Positions 1 to 11,861 of a DNA stretch of 64,000 nt are shown here, one piece after another. The stretch's first letter is position 1; every line of letters begins with the position of its first letter. Below the pieces are notes generated by a model. It did no database searches and had not been told where the DNA came from. It saw only the letters and a program-made list of their open reading frames with translations. Origin of the DNA: Myxococcales bacterium (lineage in GTDB: Bacteria > Myxococcota_A > Polyangia > Haliangiales > Haliangiaceae); assembly GCA_016794525.1 (NCBI GenBank), contig JAEUJY010000077.1, positions 45,091 to 109,090 of the forward strand. The letters run 5' to 3'. Both the position numbers and the translations under genes were made by a program.

Positions 1-402
1 GGCGTCCACCTCGGCCAGGACGACCTGCCGCTGGCCGCGGCGATCCACGCGCTGGGCGCGGCGCGCGCCCGCATGTTGATCGGCATCTCGACCCACGATC
101 TCGCGCAGGTCGCGGCCGCGGTCGCCGGCGGCGCGGACTACCTCGGCTTCGGGCCGGTGTTCCCGACCGCGACCAAGGCCAACCCCGATCCGGTGGTCGG
201 GGTCGACGGCCTGCGCGACGCGTGCGCGCGGGCGGGCCAGGTCCCGGTGGTCGCGATCGGCGGCGTCGGGGTCGCCGCAGCCGCCGCGCTCCACGCGGCC
301 GGCGCGGCCGCCGCCTGCGCCATCAGCGCGGTCAACGCCGCCCCCGACCCGGCGAGCGCCGCCCGCGCCCTGTCGCTACCCTGGCGCACCCCGCCGGAAT
401 GA
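1..402 (+). CDS. thiE: Thiamine-phosphate synthase ThiE, C-terminal part (5' end lies outside the window).
   Basis: Frame 1 is open from nt 1. Translation contains VHLGQDDLP ... GADYLGFGPVFPTATK, the ThiE substrate-binding signature. The ORF-track M at 73 is internal. Confidence 0.75.
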   Translation, partial: GVHLGQDDLPLAAAIHALGAARARMLIGISTHDLAQVAAAVAGGADYLGFGPVFPTATKANPDPVVGVDGLRDACARAGQVPVVAIGGVGVAAAAALHAAGAAAACAISAVNAAPDPASAARALSLPWRTPPE

Positions 403-495
403 CCGGGAATTCCGGGGCGCGTGGTACGGTTACCCGCGCATCCGACCTTGAATACCCCGGGTCGGCTGTCCGTCTTCCGCTGCAGAGGTTCCCCC

Positions 496-810
496 ATGGT
501 CAAGCTCGGTCTCGCCGCTCTCGTCGCCACCTTCCTCGCCACGCTGACCTTCGCCACGGTCGCGGGCCCCGGCACCGCCGACGCCGCCGCGCCGTGCAAG
601 GCCAAGAAGATCGAGACCAAGTTCCTGGCCGACGCGTGCAAGGCGGGCGGCCAGAAGGCGGCCAAGGACGTGATGAAGAAGGCGATGAAGGACTGGAAGA
701 AGAAGGACGCAAGCGTGTCGTGCGCGTCGTGCCACTCCAAGGTCGGCGGCGACTACCCGAAGAAGCCGAACGCCATGAAGGACCTGACCGAGAAGTTCGG
801 CGTGAAGTGA
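496..810 (+). CDS. Small secreted Lys-rich protein with a single CXXCH motif (CASCH); putative mono-haem c-type cytochrome-like protein.
   Basis: ATG at 496 preceded by AGAGG. Signal peptide MVKLGLAALVATFLATLTFATVAG; CXXCH motif present. ORF track starts further upstream at 421. Confidence 0.5.
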   Translation: MVKLGLAALVATFLATLTFATVAGPGTADAAAPCKAKKIETKFLADACKAGGQKAAKDVMKKAMKDWKKKDASVSCASCHSKVGGDYPKKPNAMKDLTEKFGVK

Positions 811-829
811 TCCGGCGGGGCTGAGCAGC

Positions 830-1726
830 CTACCAGCGCGGCGGGGCGCCGGTGCGACACGCGACCGCCAGCTGCTGCCAGCCGTGGTCCGAGCGCCCGA
901 CCGAGTACATCGAGAACTCGACCAGCAGCTTGCCGTGCAGGCGCTCGCAGCGCTCGGCCGCGGCGATCCGCAGCGGCGCGTGCTCGCCTGGCGTCTGCGC
1001 GATCAGGTCGGCGAGCGTGCCCGCCGCGGTGATCGCCTCGAGGTCGTGATCGGCCAGCGCCTGCAGCGCCTGGTCCAGCGTCGGCGCCGGCCGCGCGGCC
1101 AGGACGTCACGCCACGCCGGGCCGTGTTGCCGGGCCAGGATGGCCAGCACGGTGGCGTCGTCGCGCTCGCCGCGCTGCGACGCCCGGCGCAACGCCACGA
1201 CGTGGTCGGGCGTGAGCGCCGCGATCAGCGGCGGGTGATCGAGCAGGTACAGCGCCGCGTCGAACCGCAGCGTCGCGACGGCGCCGTCGATCGCCGCGAC
1301 CAGCACGCCGGCGCGGTCGGCGTCGGTGGCGGCGTCGCGCCACGCGGCCAGCGTCGCCAGCAGCGCCGCGCTCGGCCGCTCGATGTAGCCCTCGTAGTCG
1401 CCGGCCGGCCAGCGGTCGGCGCCGATGAACACCAGCGCCGTGCGCCCGCGGCGGAAGCCGACGTGGCAGGAGGTGTTGGTCTCGCGCGCCACCAGGCGGC
1501 GGGCGGCGCCCTTCAGGCGCTGCTTGACCGACAACCCGACCAGCCCCGCGGCGCGCGGGCCGGGCACCGCGCCGACCTTGACGACCGCGACGTCGCGGGC
1601 GAGCTCGAACAGCTCGAACACCGGCTGGTGGCGCTTGGAGCAGGCCGCGGCCGGGCGGGCGGCGGCGGCGAGCGCGAGGCAGACCCCGGCCGCGGCGACG
1701 AGGAGGCGCATGCGCCTAGGACGCAC
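830..1726 (-). CDS. Secreted hypothetical protein.
   Basis: N-terminal signal peptide MRLLVAAAGVCLALAAAA. No recognisable catalytic motif. Convergent with the preceding gene. Confidence 0.45.
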   Translation of the reverse strand: MRPRRMRLLVAAAGVCLALAAAARPAAACSKRHQPVFELFELARDVAVVKVGAVPGPRAAGLVGLSVKQRLKGAARRLVARETNTSCHVGFRRGRTALVFIGADRWPAGDYEGYIERPSAALLATLAAWRDAATDADRAGVLVAAIDGAVATLRFDAALYLLDHPPLIAALTPDHVVALRRASQRGERDDATVLAILARQHGPAWRDVLAARPAPTLDQALQALADHDLEAITAAGTLADLIAQTPGEHAPLRIAAAERCERLHGKLLVEFSMYSVGRSDHGWQQLAVACRTGAPPRW

Positions 1727-1744
1727 GACCTCGCCGCGGCGATC

Positions 1745-2611
1745 TCACGACGTGCACTTCGCCTTGTTCTTGGCGGACGCCTTGAGGTCCTTGTCCATCG
1801 CGTCGGCCTTCTTGACCAGGCTCGACGAGCCGTACTTCTGCTTGAGCAGCGACAGGTAGGCGCGCCCCTCGCTGCAGTTCTTGAGCTTGGCGGCGGCCTC
1901 GGCGGCGCGGAACAGCGCGTCGTCGGCGAGGTCGCTGGTGGCGAACTTGTCGTAGACCTTCTGGAACTCGCGGATCGCCGAGTCCCAGTCCTGCTGCTGG
2001 AAGTACGACTCGCCGCGGAAGTACTGGGCGTCGTCGGCGCGGCTGTGGGTCGCGAACCCGACCGCCAGCTTCTTGTAGGCCTCGCGCGCCTCGTCCCACT
2101 TGCCGGCCTTGAAGGCGTCGGTGCCCTGGGTCCACAGGTCGTCGGGGTTGAGGCCGGCCACCGGGTTGGTGCCGGTGGTGCCGCCGGTGCCGGCCGGCTT
2201 GCCGCCGCCCTCGAGCGTCGCCAGCCGGGCCTCGATCGCCCCGAGCCGCTCGTCGTTGGCGGCCTTGTACTTCTCCACCTGCGCGGCGAGGTCGTCCATC
2301 ATGTTCTTGGCCGCCGACACCAGCCCGGTCGACACCCGGATGTCGTTGCGGAGCGCGTCGACGTCGGCGCCCAGGTCGGCGCTGTTGCGCTTGAGCACCT
2401 TGGTGGCCTCGTCGAGGATCTTCTGCAGCTCACCGACCTGCTTGTCGATGTCCTGCTCCTTGATCGTGAGCCGCTCGTCGATCTGCTTGACGTCCTTGCG
2501 CAGGGACGCCCCTTCGCTCTTGGTGGTGACCCAGAAGCATCCGGTGCTGCCGAGGGTGGCGGCGAGGACGAGCAGGGTAGCGTGTGCCCGAGTGTGTGAC
2601 GTCATGGACAT
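1745..2611 (-). CDS. cpoB: Tol-Pal system protein CpoB/YbgF-like: N-terminal coiled coil plus C-terminal TPR.
   Basis: Internal ATG at 2611 preceded by GGAGG. The ORF-track N-terminus (to 3235) is an Arg-rich artefact overlapping pal. Has signal/lipo-box LLVLAATLGSTGC, a coiled-coil region and a C-terminal TPR. Sits directly downstream of pal. Confidence 0.6.
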   Translation of the reverse strand: MSMTSHTRAHATLLVLAATLGSTGCFWVTTKSEGASLRKDVKQIDERLTIKEQDIDKQVGELQKILDEATKVLKRNSADLGADVDALRNDIRVSTGLVSAAKNMMDDLAAQVEKYKAANDERLGAIEARLATLEGGGKPAGTGGTTGTNPVAGLNPDDLWTQGTDAFKAGKWDEAREAYKKLAVGFATHSRADDAQYFRGESYFQQQDWDSAIREFQKVYDKFATSDLADDALFRAAEAAAKLKNCSEGRAYLSLLKQKYGSSSLVKKADAMDKDLKASAKNKAKCTS

Positions 2612-2625
2612 GCCTCCGGAGCGGC

Positions 2626-3393
2626 TCAGCGCCACTGGAACTCGACGCGGCGATCCTTCTCGTCGCCCTGGCCGGTGGGCTCGGTCTCGCCCTTGGGCAC
2701 GACCTGCAGCTTGGCCGGGTCGACGCCGAGGCGCGCCAGGTAGTCGGCGACGGTCTGGGCCCGGCGCTCCGACAGCGCGATGTTGTACTCGTCGGTGCCC
2801 GAGCCGTCGGTGTGGCCCATGACGTAGACCGACTTCTGCGGGGTCTTGCTGATGCACGCGCTGTTGGCGTCGAGGCGGTCGCGCTCGCTGGGCGCGATCG
2901 ACGAGTCGTCGTAGCCGAAGTAGACGGTGGCCAGCGTGCACGCGGCGTCGCCGCCGCCGGCCCACGGCTTCTGGCAGAAGCCGTCGACGCAGTCCTCGTC
3001 GTCGGCGCAGTCCTCGTCGACCTTGCACGCCGTCGGGCGCTGGCAGGCGCCGGCCATGCACTTGCCGCCGGGGCCGCACTCGTTGTCCTTGGCGCAGGCG
3101 CGGCAGGTGCCGGCCTGGCACACCTTGCCGTCCGGGCAGTCGGTGTCCTTGGCGCACTCGGGCTTGGCCACGCAGGCGCCGGCGTCGCAGCGCTGGCCGT
3201 CGGCGCAGTCGCTGTCCTGGGCGCAGGCCACGCACTGCTTCTCGACGCAGACGAGGCCGTTCTTGCAGTCCTCGTTGCCGTCGCAGGCCGGGGTCTTGGG
3301 CTTCTTCTTGGTGCAGGCCGCCACCAGCCCAACCACCAGCACCGAGACGGCCAGGATCGACAACGTGAACCGGAAGCCACCGACGGGACGCAT
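2626..3393 (-). CDS. pal: Peptidoglycan-associated lipoprotein Pal (OmpA-family C-terminal domain) with an N-terminal Cys-rich repeat insert.
   Basis: Lipo-box LVAAC. About seven repeats of DCxxGxxCxxGxC. C-terminal OmpA signature TVYFGYDDSSI ... GHTDGSGTDEYNIALSERRAQTVADYL. Confidence 0.7.
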   Translation of the reverse strand: MRPVGGFRFTLSILAVSVLVVGLVAACTKKKPKTPACDGNEDCKNGLVCVEKQCVACAQDSDCADGQRCDAGACVAKPECAKDTDCPDGKVCQAGTCRACAKDNECGPGGKCMAGACQRPTACKVDEDCADDEDCVDGFCQKPWAGGGDAACTLATVYFGYDDSSIAPSERDRLDANSACISKTPQKSVYVMGHTDGSGTDEYNIALSERRAQTVADYLARLGVDPAKLQVVPKGETEPTGQGDEKDRRVEFQWR

Positions 3394-3488
3394 GGCTGGA
3401 ACCTACGGGCCCGGGCCGGCCGAGTCAAATCTCCGGCGGCGGCGGTCGAACCAGCCTCACGGGGCGGCGTGATAGCCTGACGGCGGCC

Positions 3489-4837
<1,349 letters not shown>

Positions 4838-4862
<25 letters not shown>

Positions 4863-6001
4863 CGCCGGCGGCGGGCGAGCGCCGCCCCGATCACCAGCGC
4901 CAGCGCCGCGCCCGCGCGATCACCGCCGACGGCGCAGCCGGCGGCGGCGGTCGGCACGCACGCCTCGACGTCGGGGCGATCGGTGGGCCGGCAGGCATCG
5001 CCCGCGGCGGTGCACGCGGCGCCGCCGCCGACGCAGGTAGGCCAGCACTGCCGGGCGTCCTCGCCGTCGACCAGCAGGCACGCGGCGTCGACGCAGTCGA
5101 GATCGTCGCCGCAGGTGGCGCCGACGGCGCCGGGCAGCGGGCCCGGCGGCTGGCAGGCGCGCGCCCCGGCCGTCGTGGTCGCGCAGCGCCAGCCGTCGGG
5201 GCAGCCCGCGTCGCACGCCGGCGCGCACACGCCGTGGCTGGCGGCGTCGAACCACGCGCACGCGCCCGCCGCACAGCCCGCGTCCGACCAGCACGCGTCG
5301 CCGGCGCGTCCGGCGGCGTGGGCCCGCGCGAGCACGTCGGCGATCAGCGCGGCGTGGACGTCGACGCGGGTGAGCTGCGCGGTCGTGCACGCGGCGTCGC
5401 CGCTCGACACCACGCCGATCAGCTGCTCGCCCGCGCCGAGGTCCGCGAGCACGGGTCCGCCGGAGTCGCCGTGGCACGGCGTCGCCGGCGCCGGCGCGAG
5501 GGTCAGCTCGTCGGCCGCGACCGCGGCGATCCGCGCCCAGCCTTCGTGCTTGCGGCCGCCGGTGCCGTCGGCGGTGGTCGCGCCGAAGCCGACCAGGCGG
5601 ACCATCGCGTCGACCGCCGGCGGCGTCGCCCCCCGCGCGACCGGCGGCAGCGTGAGGTCGTCGGCCAGGATCAGCAGGCCGAGATCGTTCACCAGGCCGG
5701 CGTAGCCGAAATCGGGGTGGGTCAACGCGGTGGCGACCGCGACCTCCTGGCCAGTCGCGCGATCGGCGCCGACCACGACGGCGGTCGGCGCGAGGATCGT
5801 GCAGTGCGCCGCGGTCACGACCACCCGCGGATCGATCAGCGTGCCGGTGCACGCGACCTCGCCGCCGATCACCAGCCCGACCACGGCGGGATCGCCGGTG
5901 GTCGGCGTGCCACCGATGATCGCGGCCACGGCGGTGTCGCCGCTCGGGGCGTCACACCCGAGCACGCACGCCAGCAACGCACCGTACGCGACCCGACCCA
6001 C
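4838..6001 (-). CDS. Trypsin-like (S1) serine protease lipoprotein with a Cys-rich C-terminal region and a MYXO-CTERM-like tail.
   Basis: Catalytic His motif TAAHC and Ser motif GDSGGP. Proposed GTG start at 6001 gives signal/lipo-box GRVAYGALLACVLGC (the ORF-track start at 6298 would overlap the upstream gene). C-terminus is GC-(hydrophobic stretch)-RRRR. Confidence 0.65.
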
Positions 6002-6012
6002 GCGGCCCGGCG

Positions 6013-6619
6013 TCAGATCTCGATCGCGCCGGAGATCGCGTCGCAGTCGCAGAAGAAGCCGAGGATGCATCCCGACGCCTTCTGATAGTACAGGAGGTAG
6101 GTGGTGTCGCCGCACACGTCGACGTAGCCGCCCTGCGTGCATCCGCCCGACTGCCACGTGCCGAGGCTGGTGCGGGTGCAGCCCGCGGCGTATGGCGTCT
6201 GCAGCGCGTCGGGCAACACCGCGTCGGGCGCCTCGACCGGTTGCGGCAGCGGTTGATCGAGGCCGAGCGCCTGGTAGCCGACGACCGGATCCGACCACAG
6301 CTCGAGCTTGCCGAGCAGGCGATCGGCGGCGGTGCCGGTGGTGACGTTGTGCCCGGCGACGATCTCGCCGGTCTCGCTCTCGACCGCGCGCAGGCCGCGG
6401 TCGTCGTAGCGCAGGTACCGGGTGTCGCCGGCGCTGGTCACGACCTCGTAGCGGACCTCGGCGCCTTCGTCGACGGTGTCGGTCACCATGTAGCTGAACG
6501 TGTCGGCCGGGACCGACGCCGGCATCGCCAGCTCGATCCGCCGCGTGGGGCCGGCGTCCTGGCAGGCGACGAGGCCGAGGCCGGCGACCGCGGCGAGCAG
6601 CAGGTTGGCGCGGCTCACT
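6013..6619 (-). CDS. Hypothetical lipoprotein.
   Basis: GTG start preceded by GGAGG. Signal/lipo-box SRANLLLAAVAGLGLVAC. GTGA overlap with the upstream gene's stop. Confidence 0.5.
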
Positions 6620-7160
6620 GGAGCGCCTCCGCCGCGAGGCAGTACACGACCGCGTTGTTGCAGCGACCGCAGGCGGTGATCGACCACACCAGACCGGTGG
6701 TCAGCCAGCTCCACGCCGAGCAGTCGTTGGCCGCGTAGCAGGCGTCGTGGCGCGCGCAGCAGATGCTGTTGCCGCCGATGCCGTCGCAGCCGGCCGCGTC
6801 GAGGGCGACCTCCTGGTTGACGAGCGACATCAGGTTGCGGCTGGCGATGAGCGCGAACTCGGCGGTGTACGCGAGGTCGCAGCCCGCCGCCTCGGTGGGC
6901 AGGTCGTACGCGCCCATCGCCGTCGGATCGACCGGCGAGCTGAGCGTGATGCGGCGCAGCGCCGGATCGCACGCGACCGCCGCGATCGGTTCGCCATCGA
7001 GCGTGGCGACGTCGACGACGGCGCCGCCGGCCTCGGTCGCGTAGCCGCTGACGCGCAGCGCGCCGCGGGTCTCGTCGATGGTGGGCGGTGTGTCGGTGGC
7101 GCAGCCGGTGGCGGCGAGACCAAGCGCGAACAGGACGCAGGTCGAGGACAGGAGCTTCAT
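6615..7160 (-). CDS. Lipoprotein with a prokaryotic phospholipase-A2-like active-site motif.
   Basis: Lipo-box LFALGLAATGC. Motif ICCARHDACY matches the PLA2 His-Asp site pattern C-C-x-x-H-D-x-C and resembles the secreted bacterial PLA2 'CARHDFGY' region. Confidence 0.5.
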   Translation of the reverse strand: MKLLSSTCVLFALGLAATGCATDTPPTIDETRGALRVSGYATEAGGAVVDVATLDGEPIAAVACDPALRRITLSSPVDPTAMGAYDLPTEAAGCDLAYTAEFALIASRNLMSLVNQEVALDAAGCDGIGGNSICCARHDACYAANDCSAWSWLTTGLVWSITACGRCNNAVVYCLAAEALQ

Positions 7161-7449
7161 CGGGAGCTACCTCGGGCCGACGCAGGTTGGTGCTGAGCCA
7201 TCCCGGTCACGCGTCGGTGCGACCAGGTGGAGTCACTTCGCGCCGCAATCCCCCGCGACGCGCGTGATGTTGCACTCACCCTGCACAATCGAAGTGCGAT
7301 CGGTCAAGCACGAAAACACCGTGAGCGATCGTACCGATCATTTTGTGGCGGTGATGTACGGCGAAGTCGATCGCATGTGCGTGCGTCGCGGTGCGAGATG
7401 CTCCGAGTCGACGCGAGATCGCTGTCTTCTCGACGACGACGCGCCGCGA

Positions 7450-8778
7450 TCAGCGCGGCGCGGGCACGACGTCGGTGGCGCGGTGGCAGATCGGCGTGGC
7501 GATCGGCGGGCGCGTGATGCACAGGCGATCGCCGCGCGCGGTGGCGTCGCTGGCCGGGAACGCGAACGTGCCGTCGGCGGTGCCGGCGGCGCTGCCGTCG
7601 GGCCAGGTGACCTGGGCGCCGGCGCGCGCGACCAGCCACGGCGCGGTGGTAGGACCCGCGCCGGTCGCGCCGGCGGGGCCGCGCGGCTCGACGTCGGCCG
7701 GGGTCGTGCGCGCGCGCAGCTCGCCGCAGCGATCGCCGGCCCAGACCAGGTATCCGCCGTCGACGGCGACCACGTCGTGGCGCCCGCGCGCGAGCGCGGC
7801 CGCGTCGAGCGCCGGCCGACCGCCGATCGTCGGCGCCGCGGCGTCGTCGCGCAGCTGGCAGCGCTCCTCGGCGGCGCGCAGCAGGTCGGTCGGCGTCACG
7901 TCGACGAGGGTGTAGTTGCTGGCGCTCAGCGGGCCGTCGCAGCTGGTCAGCGCCAGCGCGGCGAGGTCCGGCGCGGTGGCGTCGGTGCGGCGCCGGCCGC
8001 GCTGACGGGCGGCGCGCTCGGCGGCCTCGGCGGCCTCGGCCTGCGCGGCTTCGCAGCGGGCGCGCTCCTCGGCGGCGCGGGCGGCGGCGGCGGCCTCGGC
8101 GGCCTCGCGCTCCGCGGCCGCGCGGGCGGTGACGGCGGGGTCGGGGCAGCGCGCGGGGCTGCCGTCGATCGGCGGCAACGCGGCCGGCGTCGCCGCCGGC
8201 GCGATCGCCAGCGCCAGCCCGTCGGCCGGCACGCTCGCGACCAGGCCGACGGGGCCGGCGATCGCGGCGCGGCTGCCGTCGGAGAAGACCTGGACCGGCG
8301 CGCCGGCCTGCAAGAGCCAGCCGGTGCCGTCGACGTGGGCGTCGGACAGCGCGCGCGCGACCCGGGCCACCAGCGCGGCGCGCGGCGCGTGGACCCGCAG
8401 CCGGTAGCCGAGCGCGTGGCCGTCGAGGCAGTCGGCGGCGGCGGCCGTCGTCTCGAGCTCGACGGTGTCGCCGTGGACCGCGACGAACTGCGCCGAGACC
8501 AGCGCCACGGCGGCGACGGGCGACGGCGCGGCGGCCGCGGCCTCGGCCGCGGTGGCGTACAGCGGCGCGCCGCTCGGCAGCGCGACCCGACCGGGGATGG
8601 CCAGCGGCAGCGGCGGGGTCAGCGTCGCCGCCGCGATCGCGACGCGCGGCGGTGGCGCCGCGGCGATCGCGGCCGGGCGGGGCGCGCCGGCGGCGGGCGG
8701 GGCCGGTGCTGGCGGCGCGGCGGCGTGCGGCGCCGACCGCGAACACGCGACGAGCAGGATCAGCGCCGCGCGTCGCAT
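7450..8778 (-). CDS. Secreted Ala/Pro-rich hypothetical protein with an Ala/Glu/Arg coiled-coil segment.
   Basis: ATG at 8778; signal peptide MRRAALILLVACS. No stop across a long GC-rich frame. Confidence 0.4.
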   Translation of the reverse strand: MRRAALILLVACSRSAPHAAAPPAPAPPAAGAPRPAAIAAAPPPRVAIAAATLTPPLPLAIPGRVALPSGAPLYATAAEAAAAAPSPVAAVALVSAQFVAVHGDTVELETTAAAADCLDGHALGYRLRVHAPRAALVARVARALSDAHVDGTGWLLQAGAPVQVFSDGSRAAIAGPVGLVASVPADGLALAIAPAATPAALPPIDGSPARCPDPAVTARAAAEREAAEAAAAARAAEERARCEAAQAEAAEAAERAARQRGRRRTDATAPDLAALALTSCDGPLSASNYTLVDVTPTDLLRAAEERCQLRDDAAAPTIGGRPALDAAALARGRHDVVAVDGGYLVWAGDRCGELRARTTPADVEPRGPAGATGAGPTTAPWLVARAGAQVTWPDGSAAGTADGTFAFPASDATARGDRLCITRPPIATPICHRATDVVPAPR

Positions 8779-9033
8779 GGCCACAGCGTGCCACACCGCC
8801 GCGCCGCGGGGCAGGTCACGGCGCGGGCGCGCGGCCCTGCCGCCACCAGCGGGTCAGCGTGGCCAGCGCCGCGGCGAGCACGCCGAGGTTGAAGTCGAGC
8901 CGCGTGGTCGTGGGCCAGATCAGCGACGCGCCGACCGCGAGCTGGCGAACAGCCGCCGGCGCGCCCCGAAGACCACCAGCCCCATCACGGCGTCGCGTCG
9001 GAGTCGTGGGCCCCGCCACCGCCACACCATACC

Positions 9034-10783
9034 TCAGCGCTCGGTCGCCGCGCGGCCCCACGGGTGGCGGGCCAGGAGCGCGGCGGCGCGCTCGACCACC
9101 GGCAGCGGCGCGGCGCCGTGCAGCGCGGCGGCCAGCGCCTCGGCGAACTCGGTGGCGTGCTCGAACCGATCGGCGGCGCGCTTGGCCAGCGCCACCGCCA
9201 GCACGGCGTCGACGGCGCGCGGCACGTCGGGCACCAGCGCGCTGGGCGCCTTGGGGTGCTGGTAGACGACCGCGAACAGGAGCTGCGGCGTGTCGACGCC
9301 GGTGAACGCCGGCCGGCCGGTCAGCGCGCGGTAGGTCACCGCGCCCAGCGCGAAGACGTCGGCGCGCGCGTCGACGCCGTGGCCGCGCGCCTGCTCGGGC
9401 GCCATGTAGCCAGGCGTGCCGACCACCGCGGCCTGGGTCAGCGTGCCGCTCGAGCCGGCCAGGCTGGCCACGCCGAAGTCGAGGATCTTCCACGCGCCCA
9501 GGTCGCGCGACCAGAACAGGTTGTGCGGCTTGAGATCGCGGTGCACGACGCCCGCGGCGTGGGCGACGTCGAGGCCGCGCGCGACCTCGCGCACCAGCGT
9601 GATCAGCGCGGCCCGATCGAGCCGCGGCTCGCGGCGCAGCCGACGCGCCAGGTCCTCGCCGTGCAGCCGCTCCATCGCCAGGTACGGCATGTCGCGGATC
9701 AGCCCGGCGTCGAACACCCGGACGATGTGCGGCGACTGCAACGTCGCGATCACCGCGCCCTCGCGCTCGAACCGCTCGCGCAGCCGCGCCTCGTCGGGGC
9801 CGAGCTCGCGCAGGATCTTGACCGCCGCCGCGCGCTGGTCGGTCGCGTGGGTCGCGGCGTAGACCTCGCCCATCGCGCCGCGGCCGATCACCTCGGCCAG
9901 CTGCCACGGCCCGGCGGCGGCGCCGGTGAGCCGGCCCTTGCTGTTGGCGCCGCCGTCGAGGACGTGGTCGAGGTCGCGCTTGACCTCGACCAGCTGCGCC
10001 TCGCGCTGGTTGGCCAGGAGCGCGGCCTCGTGGGCGCGGGTCAGCGCGTGCTCGAGCGTGCGCCGGGACAGCCGCGCCATCCACAGCGCCACCAGCAACA
10101 CCACCGGCACCATCGTCGTGAACATCACGCGGCCCGCGGTCGACGCCGCGCTCGGCGCGATCGCGCCGCGGTCGTCGAGCACGCCGGCCAGCGTCGCCAC
10201 CGCCAGCACCAGGTAGCCGGCGATCGCGACCAGCGGCGCGACCAGCGCGCCGATCCGATCGCGGCCGAGGCCGACGAAGCTGATGCCCAGCGTGACCACC
10301 AGCGACGTCGGCGAGAACACGCCGAGGAACGCGATGATCTCCAGCGACGACGCCGCGATCGCGAACGCGAACGTGCGGAACACCGCCGGCGTGTACCGCG
10401 CGGGGTGGCGACAGCGCCGCACCAGCCAGGCGCCCAGCGCGATCAGCGCCACCAGCGTCGCGACGAACGGCGCCTTGCGGCTGGCGTCGCCGGGCAGCGC
10501 CGGGACGAAGCCCAGCATCGCCAGCGCCATGACGATCATCATCGTCGACCAGCCGCGGGCGCGGTCGACCTCCTCGGCGTGCAGCGCCGCCGCCAGGCCG
10601 TCCTGGGCGTCGCTCGAGGCCGCCGACGGCGGCGTGGTCGGGCGGGGCGGCGCGCGGCGCGGTCGCGCGTCGACGGTCTCGAGGCTCACGCGGTCGAGGT
10701 CGGCGTCGGCGCGCGCCTGCTCGGCCAGCGTGTCGACGTCGTCGCGCACCACCGGCGGCGCCGTGGGGGGCCGCGCGCTCATG
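9034..10783 (-). CDS. Ser/Thr protein kinase with an N-terminal multi-pass membrane domain and C-terminal kinase domain.
   Basis: Kinase motifs GRGAMGEVY, AVK, HRDLKPHNL, DFG, GTPGYMAPE all in the C-terminal half. About six hydrophobic helices in the N-terminal half. Confidence 0.75.
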
Positions 10784-11231
10784 GGGCGATCAGCGCCCGG
10801 CGGTGGCGCCCCGTCAAGCACGGCGCCTTACTTCAGGTAGCGGCCGACCTGGTCGGCCAGCTGGCCGGCGCGCGCGCCGACGTACGAGCCCACCGCCGCC
10901 GGCAGCGCCGGGGCCGCGCGCAGGTGGGCCATGATCGTGCTCGAGCCGCTGGCCAGGTAGCGATCGACCAGCGCGTCGTGGCGCGCGCAGGAGGGCGTCC
11001 GCACGTCGCCGAGGTACGGCATGTCGGCACCCGGGCCGCACCGCCCGAAGCTGGGATCGGGCTCCCCGCCACCCACGACCTAGGTCAGATCGACGAGGGC
11101 GACGGGCTGGAACATCGCCGCCGGCTACTGCATCGCGCGTACCAGCCGCCGGACGCGCCCGGGCGGGCTGCGGTGCCGTCGCGCCGGGGCTGGCCGCGCC
11201 AGGTTGAGGAGGCGGGGCCGCAGGGGGGGGG

Positions 11232-11861
11232 TCAGCTGAACTCGGTCACCGGCACGAGCGGCAGCCCCTCGGCGCAGCCGGCGCAGGTCGCGGCGCCGGG
11301 CGTCAGCTCGCCCCAGCGCGCGACCGTCAGGTGGTGGCCCATCAGGTTGCGGCGGTTGCACCACGCCGCGAAGGTGTCGGCGCCGACCACGGCGAACAGC
11401 AGCACGCCGATCGCCTGCGCGCCGCGCTGCGCGATCAGGTCGAGCATCGGCTCGAGCCCGGCGCCGGTCGAGCCGACGTCGTTGACCAGCACGACCCGAT
11501 CGCCGGCGGCCAGCTCGCCGGTGGCCAGCGTCGCGGTCGGCAGCCGGCGCACGTCGGTCTCGACGACGGCGTGGGCCAGCCCGTGCAGCCGCGCGACGGC
11601 GGCGCCGAGGAAGAACCCGGCCGACTCCGGCGACAGCACCCGCGCGCCCGGCCACCGCCACGTCGCCAGCCCGGCCAGCTGCGCCGCGATCACGGCGAGC
11701 GCGTCGGGGTCGCGGCCGATCGCGCGGAACCGCACCGCGGTGTCGATGTGCAGCTCGCGGCGCAGCGCGAAGTGGCCGTGGAGGATCGCGCCGGTGCGCG
11801 CGATCGCGGCGGCCACCGCGGCGGGGTCGGCGACCGCCGGGTTGATCGCCAGCGCGCTCAT
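11232..11861 (-). CDS. Stand-alone phosphoribosyltransferase (type I PRTase fold, orotate/purine PRTase-like).
   Basis: PRPP-binding motif VVLVNDVGSTGAGL. Its ATG overlaps the stop of the upstream gene (ATGA). Confidence 0.55.
   Translation of the reverse strand: MSALAINPAVADPAAVAAAIARTGAILHGHFALRRELHIDTAVRFRAIGRDPDALAVIAAQLAGLATWRWPGARVLSPESAGFFLGAAVARLHGLAHAVVETDVRRLPTATLATGELAAGDRVVLVNDVGSTGAGLEPMLDLIAQRGAQAIGVLLFAVVGADTFAAWCNRRNLMGHHLTVARWGELTPGAATCAGCAEGLPLVPVTEFS

Noticed and set aside
884-2599. 571-aa plus-strand ORF.
   Set aside because: Antisense to the signal-peptide protein and cpoB. RGD/Arg-rich low-complexity translation.
7078-8892. 604-aa plus ORF and the 496-aa minus ORF at 7304-8794.
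   Set aside because: They overlap the signal-peptide-bearing gene at 7450-8778 in other frames. Arg-rich, with no domains.
10828-11076. 82-aa minus ORF between the PRTase and the kinase.
   Set aside because: No RBS, no recognisable motif. It may simply be the kinase 5' leader, so it was not listed as a feature.
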